Below are positions 17,104 through 25,409 of a stretch of 60,046 nt of DNA, one piece after another. The translations under genes were made by a program, and so were the position numbers. This DNA is from Ilumatobacteraceae bacterium (GTDB taxonomy: Bacteria; Actinomycetota; Acidimicrobiia; Acidimicrobiales; Ilumatobacteraceae). Under the pieces are notes generated by a model that worked only from the letters and a program-made list of their open reading frames with translations, ran no database searches and was not told the DNA's origin. The number at the start of each line of letters is the position of its first letter. Positions within the stretch are counted from its first letter, which is position 1. The stretch lies in contig JBPCJL010000105.1 of NCBI GenBank assembly GCA_051005355.1, positions 1 to 60,046 on the forward strand, written 5' to 3'.

Positions 17104-17184
17104 ACCCGAGTGTTCCAGCGCGCCCGAGTGCCAAACGGTCCCGAGCGGCACCTCGAGCACTCGGGTGCAGCGAAACACTCGGGT
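17104..17184. repeat. Nested inverted repeats built on CCCGAGTG (possible terminator of the AlkZ-like gene or a regulatory structure)
   Basis: Outer arms acccgagtgtt (17104-14) / aacactcgggt (17174-84), perfect 11 bp. Inner arms cccgagtgc (17123-31) / gcactcggg (17157-65), perfect 9 bp. Starts 3 nt after the AlkZ-like stop. Confidence 0.6.
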
Positions 17185-17186
17185 GA

Positions 17187-18389
17187 TCAACGCCCGGCCA
17201 GCTCCTTGTCGAGCGGCGTCGGGAACCGTGGGATGACGCGTCGGCCGCGCATCCAGTCCGTCAGCCGGGCCGCCTCGTCGGCGATGCGCCGCTCGACCGC
17301 CACCGGCACCGGTTCCAGCAACCTTGTCGCAACGACGCCACCGGCGCGCTGGCTCCACACGCCGACGGCGCGGCCGCCGACCCAGATCGTCGGCCCGGCG
17401 TTGCCGTTGCGATCGAACATCGGCGTCCGGTGCGGACCCAGGTACCAGTGCCGCTCCTTCCAGCCCATGATCGTGGGATCGAGGGCCGGCAGCAGGGTCA
17501 CGATGGGCTCGCCGCGCGGCGACGCCACCGGCGCGTCGTCCTCGGGGAGCAGCCAGGCCGGAGACGCTGACGCACCGTCGCCGTCGCCGTCGACCGTGAC
17601 CGCCTCGGCGCCGATCGCCTCCAGCGCTGCCCGCACCTGGCCCTTCGGCCACTTGCTCCACCAGGCCAGGTCCTCCGTCGTACCCGGACCGAAGGCCCGC
17701 AGCCACCGGCGGGCCAACTCAGCCCGCGCCTCGGGCGCCGGGATGACCGCCAGCGGGCCGACCCAGTCCTCCATGGGTGCCCAGCGGTATTGGCTGGAGA
17801 TCCACGACCCGAGCGGCCGCCCGCGGGCCAGCTTCGCCTCGGCTGACATCATGAAGAGCAGGCGCGTGGAGACCCCGATGGTGCCGGCGTACTGCTTGCC
17901 GACCGCTATGTCGATCCGCCGCCCGAGATCGGGCACCAACGCGGTCAGCCGCGCCGCCGGCAGCGGACCGTGCTCGGCCAGGGCGGCCAACGTCTCACCC
18001 TCCAGCTTGGCGATCCACGCGTCGACGTCGTCGTCAGGTCCGGCGGCCGTGAGCAGCTGGCGCAGCTTGCGCCGCTCGACCGGCACCAGCGCGTCGGTGC
18101 ACGCCCGCTGCAGCACCGCGGCCAGCTCCAGCGGCACGACGAACATCGTGCGCCGCATGGCCAACAGCCGCAGCAGCGAGCGCCGCTCGTAGAGGGCGTC
18201 CTCCAGGTCAGCCACCTCGAAGTTCGTCAGGCGCGCCCACAGGCTGAGCACGACCGTGGCCGGGTCCGAGGAGTGCAGCCCGACCAGGTCCCCTGCCACC
18301 TGCTCGATCGACGATGCCGGCGAGGCCAGGTGGTGCCGGGTGAGCAGGCGGGCTCGCCGCTCGGCGACGTCGACGTGACGCATCGCCAC
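17187..18389 (-). CDS. Winged-helix DNA-binding protein, AlkZ/YcaQ-like (DUF1006) putative crosslink-repair glycosylase family
   Basis: 400-aa ORF with family-typical features as I recall them: N-terminal LL.RH.L, LHSSDPATVVLSLWAR, LAWWSKW, and the C-terminal IWVGGRAVGVW motif. Confidence 0.75.
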   Translation of the reverse strand: MAMRHVDVAERRARLLTRHHLASPASSIEQVAGDLVGLHSSDPATVVLSLWARLTNFEVADLEDALYERRSLLRLLAMRRTMFVVPLELAAVLQRACTDALVPVERRKLRQLLTAAGPDDDVDAWIAKLEGETLAALAEHGPLPAARLTALVPDLGRRIDIAVGKQYAGTIGVSTRLLFMMSAEAKLARGRPLGSWISSQYRWAPMEDWVGPLAVIPAPEARAELARRWLRAFGPGTTEDLAWWSKWPKGQVRAALEAIGAEAVTVDGDGDGASASPAWLLPEDDAPVASPRGEPIVTLLPALDPTIMGWKERHWYLGPHRTPMFDRNGNAGPTIWVGGRAVGVWSQRAGGVVATRLLEPVPVAVERRIADEAARLTDWMRGRRVIPRFPTPLDKELAGR

Positions 18390-18438
18390 GACGTTCGCGC
18401 GGTGGGACAGTCGGCCGGAACCGCGGCGGGTTCAGCCG

Positions 18439-18483
18439 TGAGGTGAGAGATGAGCGGTCAGAGAACGCTCATCTCTCACCTCA
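18439..18483 (-). terminator. Perfect 18-bp stem hairpin downstream of the MOSC gene
   Basis: tgaggtgagagatgagcg (18439-56), loop gtcagagaa, cgctcatctctcacctca (18466-83). No U-tract. Lies between the MOSC stop (18538) and the AlkZ-like start (18389). Confidence 0.5.
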
Positions 18484-18537
18484 TTGGGGCCGAGCCGAGA
18501 CGCACGGTGGTCGAGCCCGTCGCCAGTACGGCAGCGC

Positions 18538-19098
18538 CTACAAAACGCTCACCACGCACGAGATCGGATCGCCCCGGCGGATGGTGCCGCCGACCAGCAC
18601 CCGGGCGCAGATGCCGCGCAGGTTGAGCGCCCGCCCGGCCGGCGAGTTGACGAAGCGCATGGCGTCCTTGCCGTAGCGCGCCGTGAACTTGACGCAGCCG
18701 CGGTGCGGCGGCTCGGTCACCTCGACCACGGCCTCGCCGATCTGCAGCCGCGACCCCGGCGGCAGCTCAGCGGAGCCGAGGTGCAGGTCGACGTAGAGCT
18801 GGTCGCCGGCGAACGGCCAGTCGGCGATGTCACCGGCGATCGCCGCCGCCGCCCGGGCGTTCATGATGTTCAGCTGCTTCAGGGGGTGGGGCGAGCGGTC
18901 GACGGTCTGCTTGCTCGGCCGCGTGCTCCAGTTGTCGCCGATCAGCCCGAGCTCCGTGTCGAGCTCTGCGACGGCGAGCACCTCGCGCGTCGCGTTGCTG
19001 GGCCGGCTCACGATCGGCTCCAGCCGCCCGTCACCGATGGGCGAGGCGCACACGTGGTCCAGCGCCGCCTCCAACTGGGCGATCGGCCGATGCTCCAC
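18538..19098 (-). CDS. MOSC domain-containing protein
   Basis: 186 aa. The beta-barrel MOSC pattern includes GDNWS, LNIMNARA, PPHRGCVKF (conserved Cys), and NLRGICARVLVGG. Confidence 0.8.
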   Translation of the reverse strand: MEHRPIAQLEAALDHVCASPIGDGRLEPIVSRPSNATREVLAVAELDTELGLIGDNWSTRPSKQTVDRSPHPLKQLNIMNARAAAAIAGDIADWPFAGDQLYVDLHLGSAELPPGSRLQIGEAVVEVTEPPHRGCVKFTARYGKDAMRFVNSPAGRALNLRGICARVLVGGTIRRGDPISCVVSVL

Positions 19099-19148
19099 GA
19101 TGTGCAGTCTTCACGGCGGGCCGGTGGCGATGCACGTCGATTCGTCGG

Positions 19149-19559
19149 TCATCCGGCGATCACGGTTTGCGTCTGGGTCACCTGGGCGACGGGCTTGCCG
19201 CGGTCGTCGCGCAGATCGGTCTGCACCACGATCGTCGTCCGCCCGACGTGCAGCGGGCGGGTGGTCGAGTGCAGGTCGCCATTGCGCACGCCGCGAAAGA
19301 AGTTGGTCTTCGACTCGATGGTCGCCGTCGACGCGCCCTCGGGCAGGTTGAGGAAGGCGCAGATGCCACCGACGCTGTCGGCCATGGCCATGATGGCGCC
19401 GCCGTGCAGGGCACCGAACGTGGTGCACAGCTCCGGTCGCCACGGCATGGACGCCGTCACCTCCGCCGGCTCGGCCTTGGTCAGGCGGATGCCGAGCTCG
19501 ACCGTGAACGGCATCAGTGCCGCCATGGCCTCGAGATCGGGCGCGGGCTCGCTCGTCAT
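19149..19559 (-). CDS. PaaI-family hotdog-fold thioesterase
   Basis: ORF 19149..20627(-) trimmed to MTSEPAPDLEAMAALMPF (ATG 19559). GALHGGAIMAMADSVGG motif. Confidence 0.85.
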   Translation of the reverse strand: MTSEPAPDLEAMAALMPFTVELGIRLTKAEPAEVTASMPWRPELCTTFGALHGGAIMAMADSVGGICAFLNLPEGASTATIESKTNFFRGVRNGDLHSTTRPLHVGRTTIVVQTDLRDDRGKPVAQVTQTQTVIAG

Positions 19560-19664
19560 CGTGTCGACCTCCGTTGGCCTCGTGCCGGCTCGGCACCAGC
19601 CTGGTCGACGGGCATGGCCGCCGGACGAACCGACGCCGTTGCTCGCGCCTGCTAGCAAGCGGTC

Positions 19665-20267
19665 GTGCCACGAGGAGCGGCTCGGGACGCCGAGGAGCGC
19701 CGGCGGGCGTTGCTCGAGGCGGCGACGGCCGTGGTGCGCGCGGACGGTCCCCGGGCGACGATGGAATCGATGGCCGCCGCCGGCGGGGTCACCAAGCCGA
19801 TCCTGTACCGCCACTTCGGCGACCGCCAGGGGCTGGTGGCGGCGATCGGCGAGCGGTTCCAGCGCGAGCTCAGCGACGCCATCGCCGCCGCCCTCGAGAC
19901 GTTCGGACGCACGGGTGACGGCGCCGTGCTGCGGGCGACGATCGATGCCTACCTGTCGCTTGTCGAACGGGAGACCGAGCTGTACCGGTTCCTGGTCCAG
20001 CAGGACGCCAGGACGGGCAACGAGATCTCGTCGGCCTTCGTCGCCAAGGTGACCGAGCGGGTGGCCGGCGCGGTCGCCGCTGCGCTGCGGGCGAGCGGGC
20101 GGGACCCCGCTCCGGCAGAGCTGTGGTCGGTCGGCATCGTCGGGATGGTCCATGCCGCCGGCGACTGGTGGGCGCAGGAGCGCCCGGAGCTGGACCGCAC
20201 GGCGGTGGTGGACGGCCTGACGGCGCTGCTCTGGGGTGGGCTCGGGGCGCTGGCCGAGGAGTCGTGA
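19665..20267 (+). CDS. TetR/AcrR-family transcriptional regulator
   Basis: N-terminal HTH ATMESMAAAGGVTKPILYRHFGDRQGL. GTG start. Divergent from the thioesterase. Confidence 0.85.
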   Translation: MPRGAARDAEERRRALLEAATAVVRADGPRATMESMAAAGGVTKPILYRHFGDRQGLVAAIGERFQRELSDAIAAALETFGRTGDGAVLRATIDAYLSLVERETELYRFLVQQDARTGNEISSAFVAKVTERVAGAVAAALRASGRDPAPAELWSVGIVGMVHAAGDWWAQERPELDRTAVVDGLTALLWGGLGALAEES

Positions 20268-20304
20268 CGTTGTCGCGAGAGTCTTGACGTCCCCGGCGCC
20301 GATG

Positions 20305-20319
20305 GTTACCGTTGGTAAC
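20305..20319. promoter_or_regulatory. Inverted repeat GTTACC-gtt-GGTAAC abutting the diiron oxygenase start codon (candidate TetR operator)
   Basis: Perfect 6-bp arms with a 3-bp spacer, ending 1 nt before ATG 20320. The TetR gene is immediately upstream. Confidence 0.3.
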
Positions 20320-21234
20320 ATGACCACCACACTCGGTGCTGCTTCCACCACCACCACGACCACGACGAGCAAGGTCGAGCGACTGAACGCGGTGTCCGCC
20401 CGGCGCGTCATCGAGCCCGACCGCGACGTCGCCGGCTCGATCGGCGACGGGCAGCTACTGCCCGACGACCTGCTGAGCATCGCCGGACTCGACCTCGATC
20501 TGACGCCCGACCAGCGCCGGACGCTGGCGCGCGAGGAGGTGGCATCGATCACCGAGTCGGGCATCCGCTTCGAGGCGGTGCTCGAGGCCGGGTTCGCCCT
20601 CGAGGTGCTGCGCACCGTCGACCTCACCGACCCACGGGTGACCTACCTGCTGCACGAGGTCGGCGAGGAGACGCGCCACCAGCGGCTGTTCGTGCGGCTG
20701 CTCGCACAGTGCGCGCCGACGGCCCGCAATCCCTTCCGCGGCACGATCGCCGAACGGCTGCTGCGGCGGGTCGTGCGGCGCGTCATCAGGATGCCGGCCA
20801 CGTTCATGGCGATGGTGCTGGCCGGCGAGGAGATGCCGGACCTGCTGCAGAAGCTGGCGTCGGAGCATCCGGACACGGATCCGTTCATCCGTGAGGTGAA
20901 CCGGTACCACCGGCTGGAGGAGGCGCGGCACCTGTCGTTCGCCCGCCTGCGCCTGGCCGAGGTGTGGCCGACCGCCGATCGTCGCGATCGCTTCGCGCTG
21001 CGCCATGTCGCGCCGCGGTTGATCGCGCTGATGTTCGGCCAGTTCGTGCACCCGGGCGTCTACGCCACCGTCGGGCTGCCGGCGATGAAGACGTGGCGAG
21101 CCGCCAACGCCACACCCCAGCGCCGCCGGCTGCGCGCCGACGCCTGCCGCCCCGTGCTCGACGCCGTCATCGCCGCCGGCGCCCTCCACCCCAACCGCCT
21201 CCCCCGCCCCTGGCGCCGCCTCGTCCACCCCTGA
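20320..21234 (+). CDS. Diiron oxygenase (AurF-like / ferritin-like four-helix-bundle family)
   Basis: ORF 20236..21234(+) trimmed to MTTTLGAAS (ATG 20320). Two E-x-x-H motifs: HEVGEETRHQRLF and YHRLEEARHLSF. Confidence 0.7.
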   Translation: MTTTLGAASTTTTTTTSKVERLNAVSARRVIEPDRDVAGSIGDGQLLPDDLLSIAGLDLDLTPDQRRTLAREEVASITESGIRFEAVLEAGFALEVLRTVDLTDPRVTYLLHEVGEETRHQRLFVRLLAQCAPTARNPFRGTIAERLLRRVVRRVIRMPATFMAMVLAGEEMPDLLQKLASEHPDTDPFIREVNRYHRLEEARHLSFARLRLAEVWPTADRRDRFALRHVAPRLIALMFGQFVHPGVYATVGLPAMKTWRAANATPQRRRLRADACRPVLDAVIAAGALHPNRLPRPWRRLVHP

Positions 21235-21307
21235 AATCGGTTTTCAAGCGTTTTCAGTAGTCACCAGCGAACGAAAATCACCAGAAGAATCGCCAGACTC
21301 GGCGCGG

Positions 21308-21823
21308 GTGGGGCCGTTGCAGCACTTCTCCGAGGATCCCGGGATCACCCGGTTCGTGCCCCACGTGCCGGTGACGAACCCGGGCCACCGCCCGGCCGTG
21401 TGGGCCATGGACGAGGAGCACGCACCGCTGTACTGGTTCCCGCGTGACTGTCCGCGGGTCACGGTGTGGCCCCGCGACGAGGTCGAGCGGACGGCGTTCC
21501 GCACGGCGTTCACCACGGATGCCTGGCGCCTCCACGCCATGGAGCTCACCTGGCTCGAGCGGATGCGCACGACGACGCTGTACCGCTACCTGCTGCCGGC
21601 CGAGCGGTTCGCTCCATGGGCCGACGCCACCGGTCAATGGATCTGCGAGCACGAGGTGGAGCCGATCGCCGTCGAGCCGGTCGGCGATCTCCCGGCCGCC
21701 CACGTCGCCGCCTACATCGAACTGCGCATCGTGCCGTCGCTCCGGCCGCTGCGCGACGCCGTGATCGACGGCACCTGGGACTTCAGCATCGTGCGCATGG
21801 CCAACGCCGCGCCACGGTGCTGA
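21308..21823 (+). CDS. Conserved hypothetical protein (DUF-type; FSEDP...RFVPHVP...LYWFPRDCPR)
   Basis: 171-aa ORF with high GC3 and a non-repetitive composition. I recognise the N-terminal motif only as an uncharacterised family. Confidence 0.6.
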   Translation: MGPLQHFSEDPGITRFVPHVPVTNPGHRPAVWAMDEEHAPLYWFPRDCPRVTVWPRDEVERTAFRTAFTTDAWRLHAMELTWLERMRTTTLYRYLLPAERFAPWADATGQWICEHEVEPIAVEPVGDLPAAHVAAYIELRIVPSLRPLRDAVIDGTWDFSIVRMANAAPRC

Positions 21824-21839
21824 CGGCTCCGTCCATCAG

Positions 21840-22190
21840 TCAGCCGGACGTTTTGTCGAGATGCTGCAGCAGGTCGTGGGCGGCCAGCTCGACGGCCTTG
21901 TGCCGCCACTCAGACGCCCGGTAGACGCAGGCGATGAGGCCGCTGCGGTGCACCCGCCGGAGGTCGCCGTAAACAAAGGCGTAGCGGGCCTTCGTCTCGT
22001 CGGCGGCGCCGTCGGTGAGGCCGAGGTGCCACGCCGCGTAGTCCGCCCACGCGTGGGACTCGAGATACGCGTTCTGGTCATCGGCCCTCGGCTGCACGTC
22101 CCCCCAATCGCTGTCCAGGACGTGCTGGCGGGCATCGATCAGACGGCGGGCGTTGGCCACTGCCGCCTCGTTGAGCGTGTACGACGTCAT
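21840..22190 (-). CDS. Hypothetical protein
   Basis: ORF 21840..22247(-) trimmed to MTSYTLNEAAV (ATG 22190). ATGA overlap with the upstream cupin gene. Confidence 0.5.
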   Translation of the reverse strand: MTSYTLNEAAVANARRLIDARQHVLDSDWGDVQPRADDQNAYLESHAWADYAAWHLGLTDGAADETKARYAFVYGDLRRVHRSGLIACVYRASEWRHKAVELAAHDLLQHLDKTSG

Positions 22191-22570
22191 CCGTCCAGCA
22201 GCGGTTCGACGTCGAACGGGCCGTCGAAGATCGTCACGAACCGGCACGGCTGCCCGTCGGCTGGGGCGTGGTGCATCGGCTGGCCGGCTGGGAAGTGGCA
22301 GTAGCCCCCTGGGCCGATCACCTCGCCGTTAGCGGCCAGCCGTCCGTCCAGCACGACGACGGTGTGCGCCGCCGTGTGCCGGTGCTGCTGGGCGACGAGG
22401 TCGGCCGGGTAGCGGATCACGTAGTGCTCGGCACCAGACACCGGGTCCGCGAACAGCAACCGCACCCCGATCGGACGGTCGTAGATCGCCGGCTGGGACT
22501 CCTTCAGCTCGAGCGAACGGACATCGTCGAAGACGATCGCCGCCATCTCGTCTTCGGGGTTCGCGTTCAT
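22187..22570 (-). CDS. Cupin domain protein
   Basis: 127 aa. The His cluster HRHTAAHTVVVLDGRL...CHFPAG is typical of a cupin metal site. Confidence 0.7.
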   Translation of the reverse strand: MNANPEDEMAAIVFDDVRSLELKESQPAIYDRPIGVRLLFADPVSGAEHYVIRYPADLVAQQHRHTAAHTVVVLDGRLAANGEVIGPGGYCHFPAGQPMHHAPADGQPCRFVTIFDGPFDVEPLLDG

Positions 22571-22782
22571 TGCGTCGGCCGGTTCGGTGATGAAGCGGGC
22601 GGCAGCCCGATGCGCCGGCCCACCTCGGCGATCTGTTCATCGGCGCTGGACCGCACGACGAGCAGGCGCACGTCCGGCGCCATCACGGAGGCCAGCAGCT
22701 GGATGTCGGCCGACTCCAGACCCGAACGAACGGTGCGCAGGATGTTCCCGACCGTACCCGCCGCGCCGCGCTGGGTGAGCAA
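22567..22782 (-). CDS. Small ORF, possible NTF2/SnoaL-like N-terminal fragment
   Basis: 71 codons with high GC3. NILRTVRSGLESADIQLLASVMAPDVRLLVV resembles the first helix and strand of SnoaL-like proteins but is too short for a full domain. TTG start with no SD. ATGA overlap with the cupin gene. Confidence 0.3.
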   Translation of the reverse strand: MLTQRGAAGTVGNILRTVRSGLESADIQLLASVMAPDVRLLVVRSSADEQIAEVGRRIGLPPASSPNRPTQ

Positions 22783-22832
22783 GAACGCCGGAGCGGCGCC
22801 GTTCGCTCACGCAGAGCGGGAGGTCGACGACG

Positions 22833-23738
22833 TCATCGGGGGTCGTAGGACGGGGCGACGGCGAACACGAGCTCGGTGGTCTCGGCACCGACGTTGTGCA
22901 GCTCGTAGGTCGTGCCCTCCGGGACGTAGAACCCGTCACCGGGCTGCAGCTCGTACCACCGCTTGCCGACGGTCGGCTCGCCGTCGATCGCCGTGATCAA
23001 CATGTACTGCGTGCCCCGCACGACATGGAAGCTGGCGTCGCCGCCGTGGGAGCGGGGGGCGGTGGCACCCGGTCGCTGCTCGATCACGCCGGCGGTGAGG
23101 TGCTCCGTGCTCGCATGGATCCCGACCAGGGTGTCGTGTCCGTCCATCATCCACAGGACGTCGCCCGGTGCGATCGGCACGATCGTCGCCTTCGCGTCGC
23201 GTTCGGCTCGTGCCGCTGGCCACCGCCCGAGCCAGCGGTCGTCCCGGTAGCTCGACTCGTCGAGGTACGGCTGCGCGCGGGCGTACGAGCTCGACGTGCC
23301 GGCGGCCGGTGGAGGGGCGAAGAACTCGAGCACGCGCAGCGGCTCAGGACCGAAGGCGAAGGCGTGGTGCCACGTGTCGCGACGGAAGAACACCGTGGCG
23401 CCCGTCTCGATCCGGTTCACCTCGCCGAGCTGCGGGTTGACGATGACCATCGTCCCGGACAGCACGTAGAGCAACTCGTCGGCGGCGAACACGGTGCGAA
23501 AGTCCGGCGAGTGACGGAACGACCGGCCCGGGGCGAGCCCGAACACCAGGTGGTGGATCTTGCTCGTCGACGCGTAGACCCAGTCGGCGACGTGGCCCGA
23601 TTCCTGGTCGCCCCACAGGTGCTGCGCGGCCGCCGACGCCGGGATGTGCGCCGGGCCGTCGTAGGTCGGTCGTGGCGTGGGGGCCAGCGGGACGGCGGGC
23701 GTCATGGTGTCGGTCGGCCGGCTCATGTGATCGTTCAT
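22833..23738 (-). CDS. Bicupin protein
   Basis: 301 aa with two cupin-like halves (ELLYVLSGTMVIVNP...VFFRRDTWHHAF and ASFHVVRGTQYMLI...GFYVPEGTTYELHN). Confidence 0.7.
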   Translation of the reverse strand: MNDHMSRPTDTMTPAVPLAPTPRPTYDGPAHIPASAAAQHLWGDQESGHVADWVYASTSKIHHLVFGLAPGRSFRHSPDFRTVFAADELLYVLSGTMVIVNPQLGEVNRIETGATVFFRRDTWHHAFAFGPEPLRVLEFFAPPPAAGTSSSYARAQPYLDESSYRDDRWLGRWPAARAERDAKATIVPIAPGDVLWMMDGHDTLVGIHASTEHLTAGVIEQRPGATAPRSHGGDASFHVVRGTQYMLITAIDGEPTVGKRWYELQPGDGFYVPEGTTYELHNVGAETTELVFAVAPSYDPR

Positions 23739-23762
23739 CGGACCTCCCGGGCGCGCCCGAGG

Positions 23763-24572
23763 CTAGCGGTCGGGCAGACCGGTAGCGAGACCGGTACGTA
23801 ACCCAACGGGATCGGGCTGGTCGGCGGTCAGCACGGTGCGGAACCGGTAGCGGTCGCCGCGGTACACGATGCGACTCGTCTCGACGGCGACGTCCTGCTG
23901 GTCGTAGGCGGTCTGGCGCGAGACGAGCACCGGAGCCGCTTCGTCGAGGTCGAGCAGCGGCGCCATCACCGGGCCGGCCGCCGTCGCCTTGAGCGTGCAG
24001 CTGTCCCGGGACGGGACGACCCGGCCCTCCGTGCGGAGCACCTCGTACAGGGAGGCGCTCGAGAAGTCGGCATCGACGAGGGCGGGGCAGCGTTGCAGTG
24101 GGACGACGCTGTGGTCGACCGCCACCGGCAGCCCATCGAGGAGCCGGATCCGCTCCAGTTCGAACAGCTCTGCGCCCGGCGCGACGCCGAGGACGTCGGC
24201 CTCGTCCATCGACGCCGGTCGGACCTGTCGGCGCAGGACCTTCGCCGTCGGCGCCAGTCCCCTCGCCCGCGCCAACGCAGTGAAGCTGAGCAGCATGTTC
24301 GGCGGTTCGCTCAGCGGCCCGTCCGTGACGAACCATCCCCGCCCCGGCGAGGCGCCGATCAGGCCGTCCTCCTCGAGGGCGATCAGCGCCCGGCGGGCGG
24401 TGACGCGGCTGATGCCGAACTCTTCGCACAGACGCCGCTCGGACAACAGCTGGTCACCGGCGGCGAGCTGCCCGGCGGTGATCTGTGCTGCGATGGCGTC
24501 GCGCGCCTGCTGGTACAGCGGGGCGCCCGTGCTGGCGTCCAACTCGAGCTTCGACCGATTGGCGGGGGTCAT
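23763..24572 (-). CDS. GntR-family transcriptional regulator, HutC subfamily (wHTH + UTRA domain)
   Basis: ORF 23763..25358(-) trimmed to MTPANRSKLELD (ATG 24572). LLSERRLCEEFGISRVTARRALIALEEDGLI, and a C-terminal UTRA-like YRGDRYRF. Confidence 0.9.
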   Translation of the reverse strand: MTPANRSKLELDASTGAPLYQQARDAIAAQITAGQLAAGDQLLSERRLCEEFGISRVTARRALIALEEDGLIGASPGRGWFVTDGPLSEPPNMLLSFTALARARGLAPTAKVLRRQVRPASMDEADVLGVAPGAELFELERIRLLDGLPVAVDHSVVPLQRCPALVDADFSSASLYEVLRTEGRVVPSRDSCTLKATAAGPVMAPLLDLDEAAPVLVSRQTAYDQQDVAVETSRIVYRGDRYRFRTVLTADQPDPVGLRTGLATGLPDR

Positions 24573-25393
24573 GAGACCAGCCCGAGGATCGTCGTCGCCA
24601 CCAGCATCGTGCCCACCCCTACCCACTGGTGGTGTTGCAGCCGCTCGTGCAGCAGCGTCGCCGCGAGGATGACGGCGATGGTCGAGAACTGGGCGCTGAC
24701 GACCGCCACCACCGCCACCGGCCCTTGTTCCAGCCCGATGGTGAAGCTGATGAAGCCGATCGTGTCGAGGACCGCGGCGACGGCGAGGATCGCCGCCTGT
24801 CCGGTGGTGAGCCGGATGTCGATCCGCCGGACCACGGCGGCGACGGCCAGCACGATCCCGCCGACGACGCGGTAGCCGAGCAGCGCCCAGTAGACCCCGA
24901 CGCGCTCGGCGGCGACGGCGAGCAGGACGGTGTACCCACCGAGCGCGATCGCCGCCGGGGCCGCCCAGGCGGCGCCCGTTCGCTCGCCGATCCGGCTGAA
25001 CGACGCCAGCACCACGCCGACCGTGGCGAGGATCACGCCGAGGGCGGCAGCCGCTGGGAGGCGCTCGCCGAGGGCGATCACGGCGATCACCGCCCCGATG
25101 CCTCCGCTGGTCGCCACCGTCGGCGAGACGACGGACAGGGAGCCCCGCCGCAGGGCCACCCAGTACAGCACCGACCCGACCATGCCGACGGCGGCGGCGG
25201 CGACCGGGACGACCCACTCGCCCGCCGACGGCAACGCCGACGAACCCACGGCCAGCGGGAGCGTCAGCGCACCGCCGATCAACATCAGCCACAGCCCGAG
25301 CACCACCGGGCCGTGCCGCTTGGCGGCGCCGAGCATCAGCACCTCGGCGAACCCCCACGCGACCGCGGTCGACAATGCGAGCAGGATGGCCAC
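24569..25393 (-). CDS. EamA/DMT-family transporter
   Basis: ORF 24569..25480(-). 10 hydrophobic segments. Start placed at GTG 25393 (VAILLALSTAVAWGF), downstream of the ATPase stop at 25410. 4-nt overlap with the GntR start. Confidence 0.75.
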   Translation of the reverse strand: MAILLALSTAVAWGFAEVLMLGAAKRHGPVVLGLWLMLIGGALTLPLAVGSSALPSAGEWVVPVAAAAVGMVGSVLYWVALRRGSLSVVSPTVATSGGIGAVIAVIALGERLPAAAALGVILATVGVVLASFSRIGERTGAAWAAPAAIALGGYTVLLAVAAERVGVYWALLGYRVVGGIVLAVAAVVRRIDIRLTTGQAAILAVAAVLDTIGFISFTIGLEQGPVAVVAVVSAQFSTIAVILAATLLHERLQHHQWVGVGTMLVATTILGLVS

Positions 25394-25409
25394 GGGACGG
25401 ACGTGCCGG

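Noticed and set aside
19563-19609. Short palindromes (GTGCCGgctCGGCAC, two GTCGAC sites, TGCTAGCA) in the thioesterase/TetR divergent region
   Set aside because: 6-8-bp GC-rich palindromes are expected by chance in this composition, and I could not derive a consistent larger operator.
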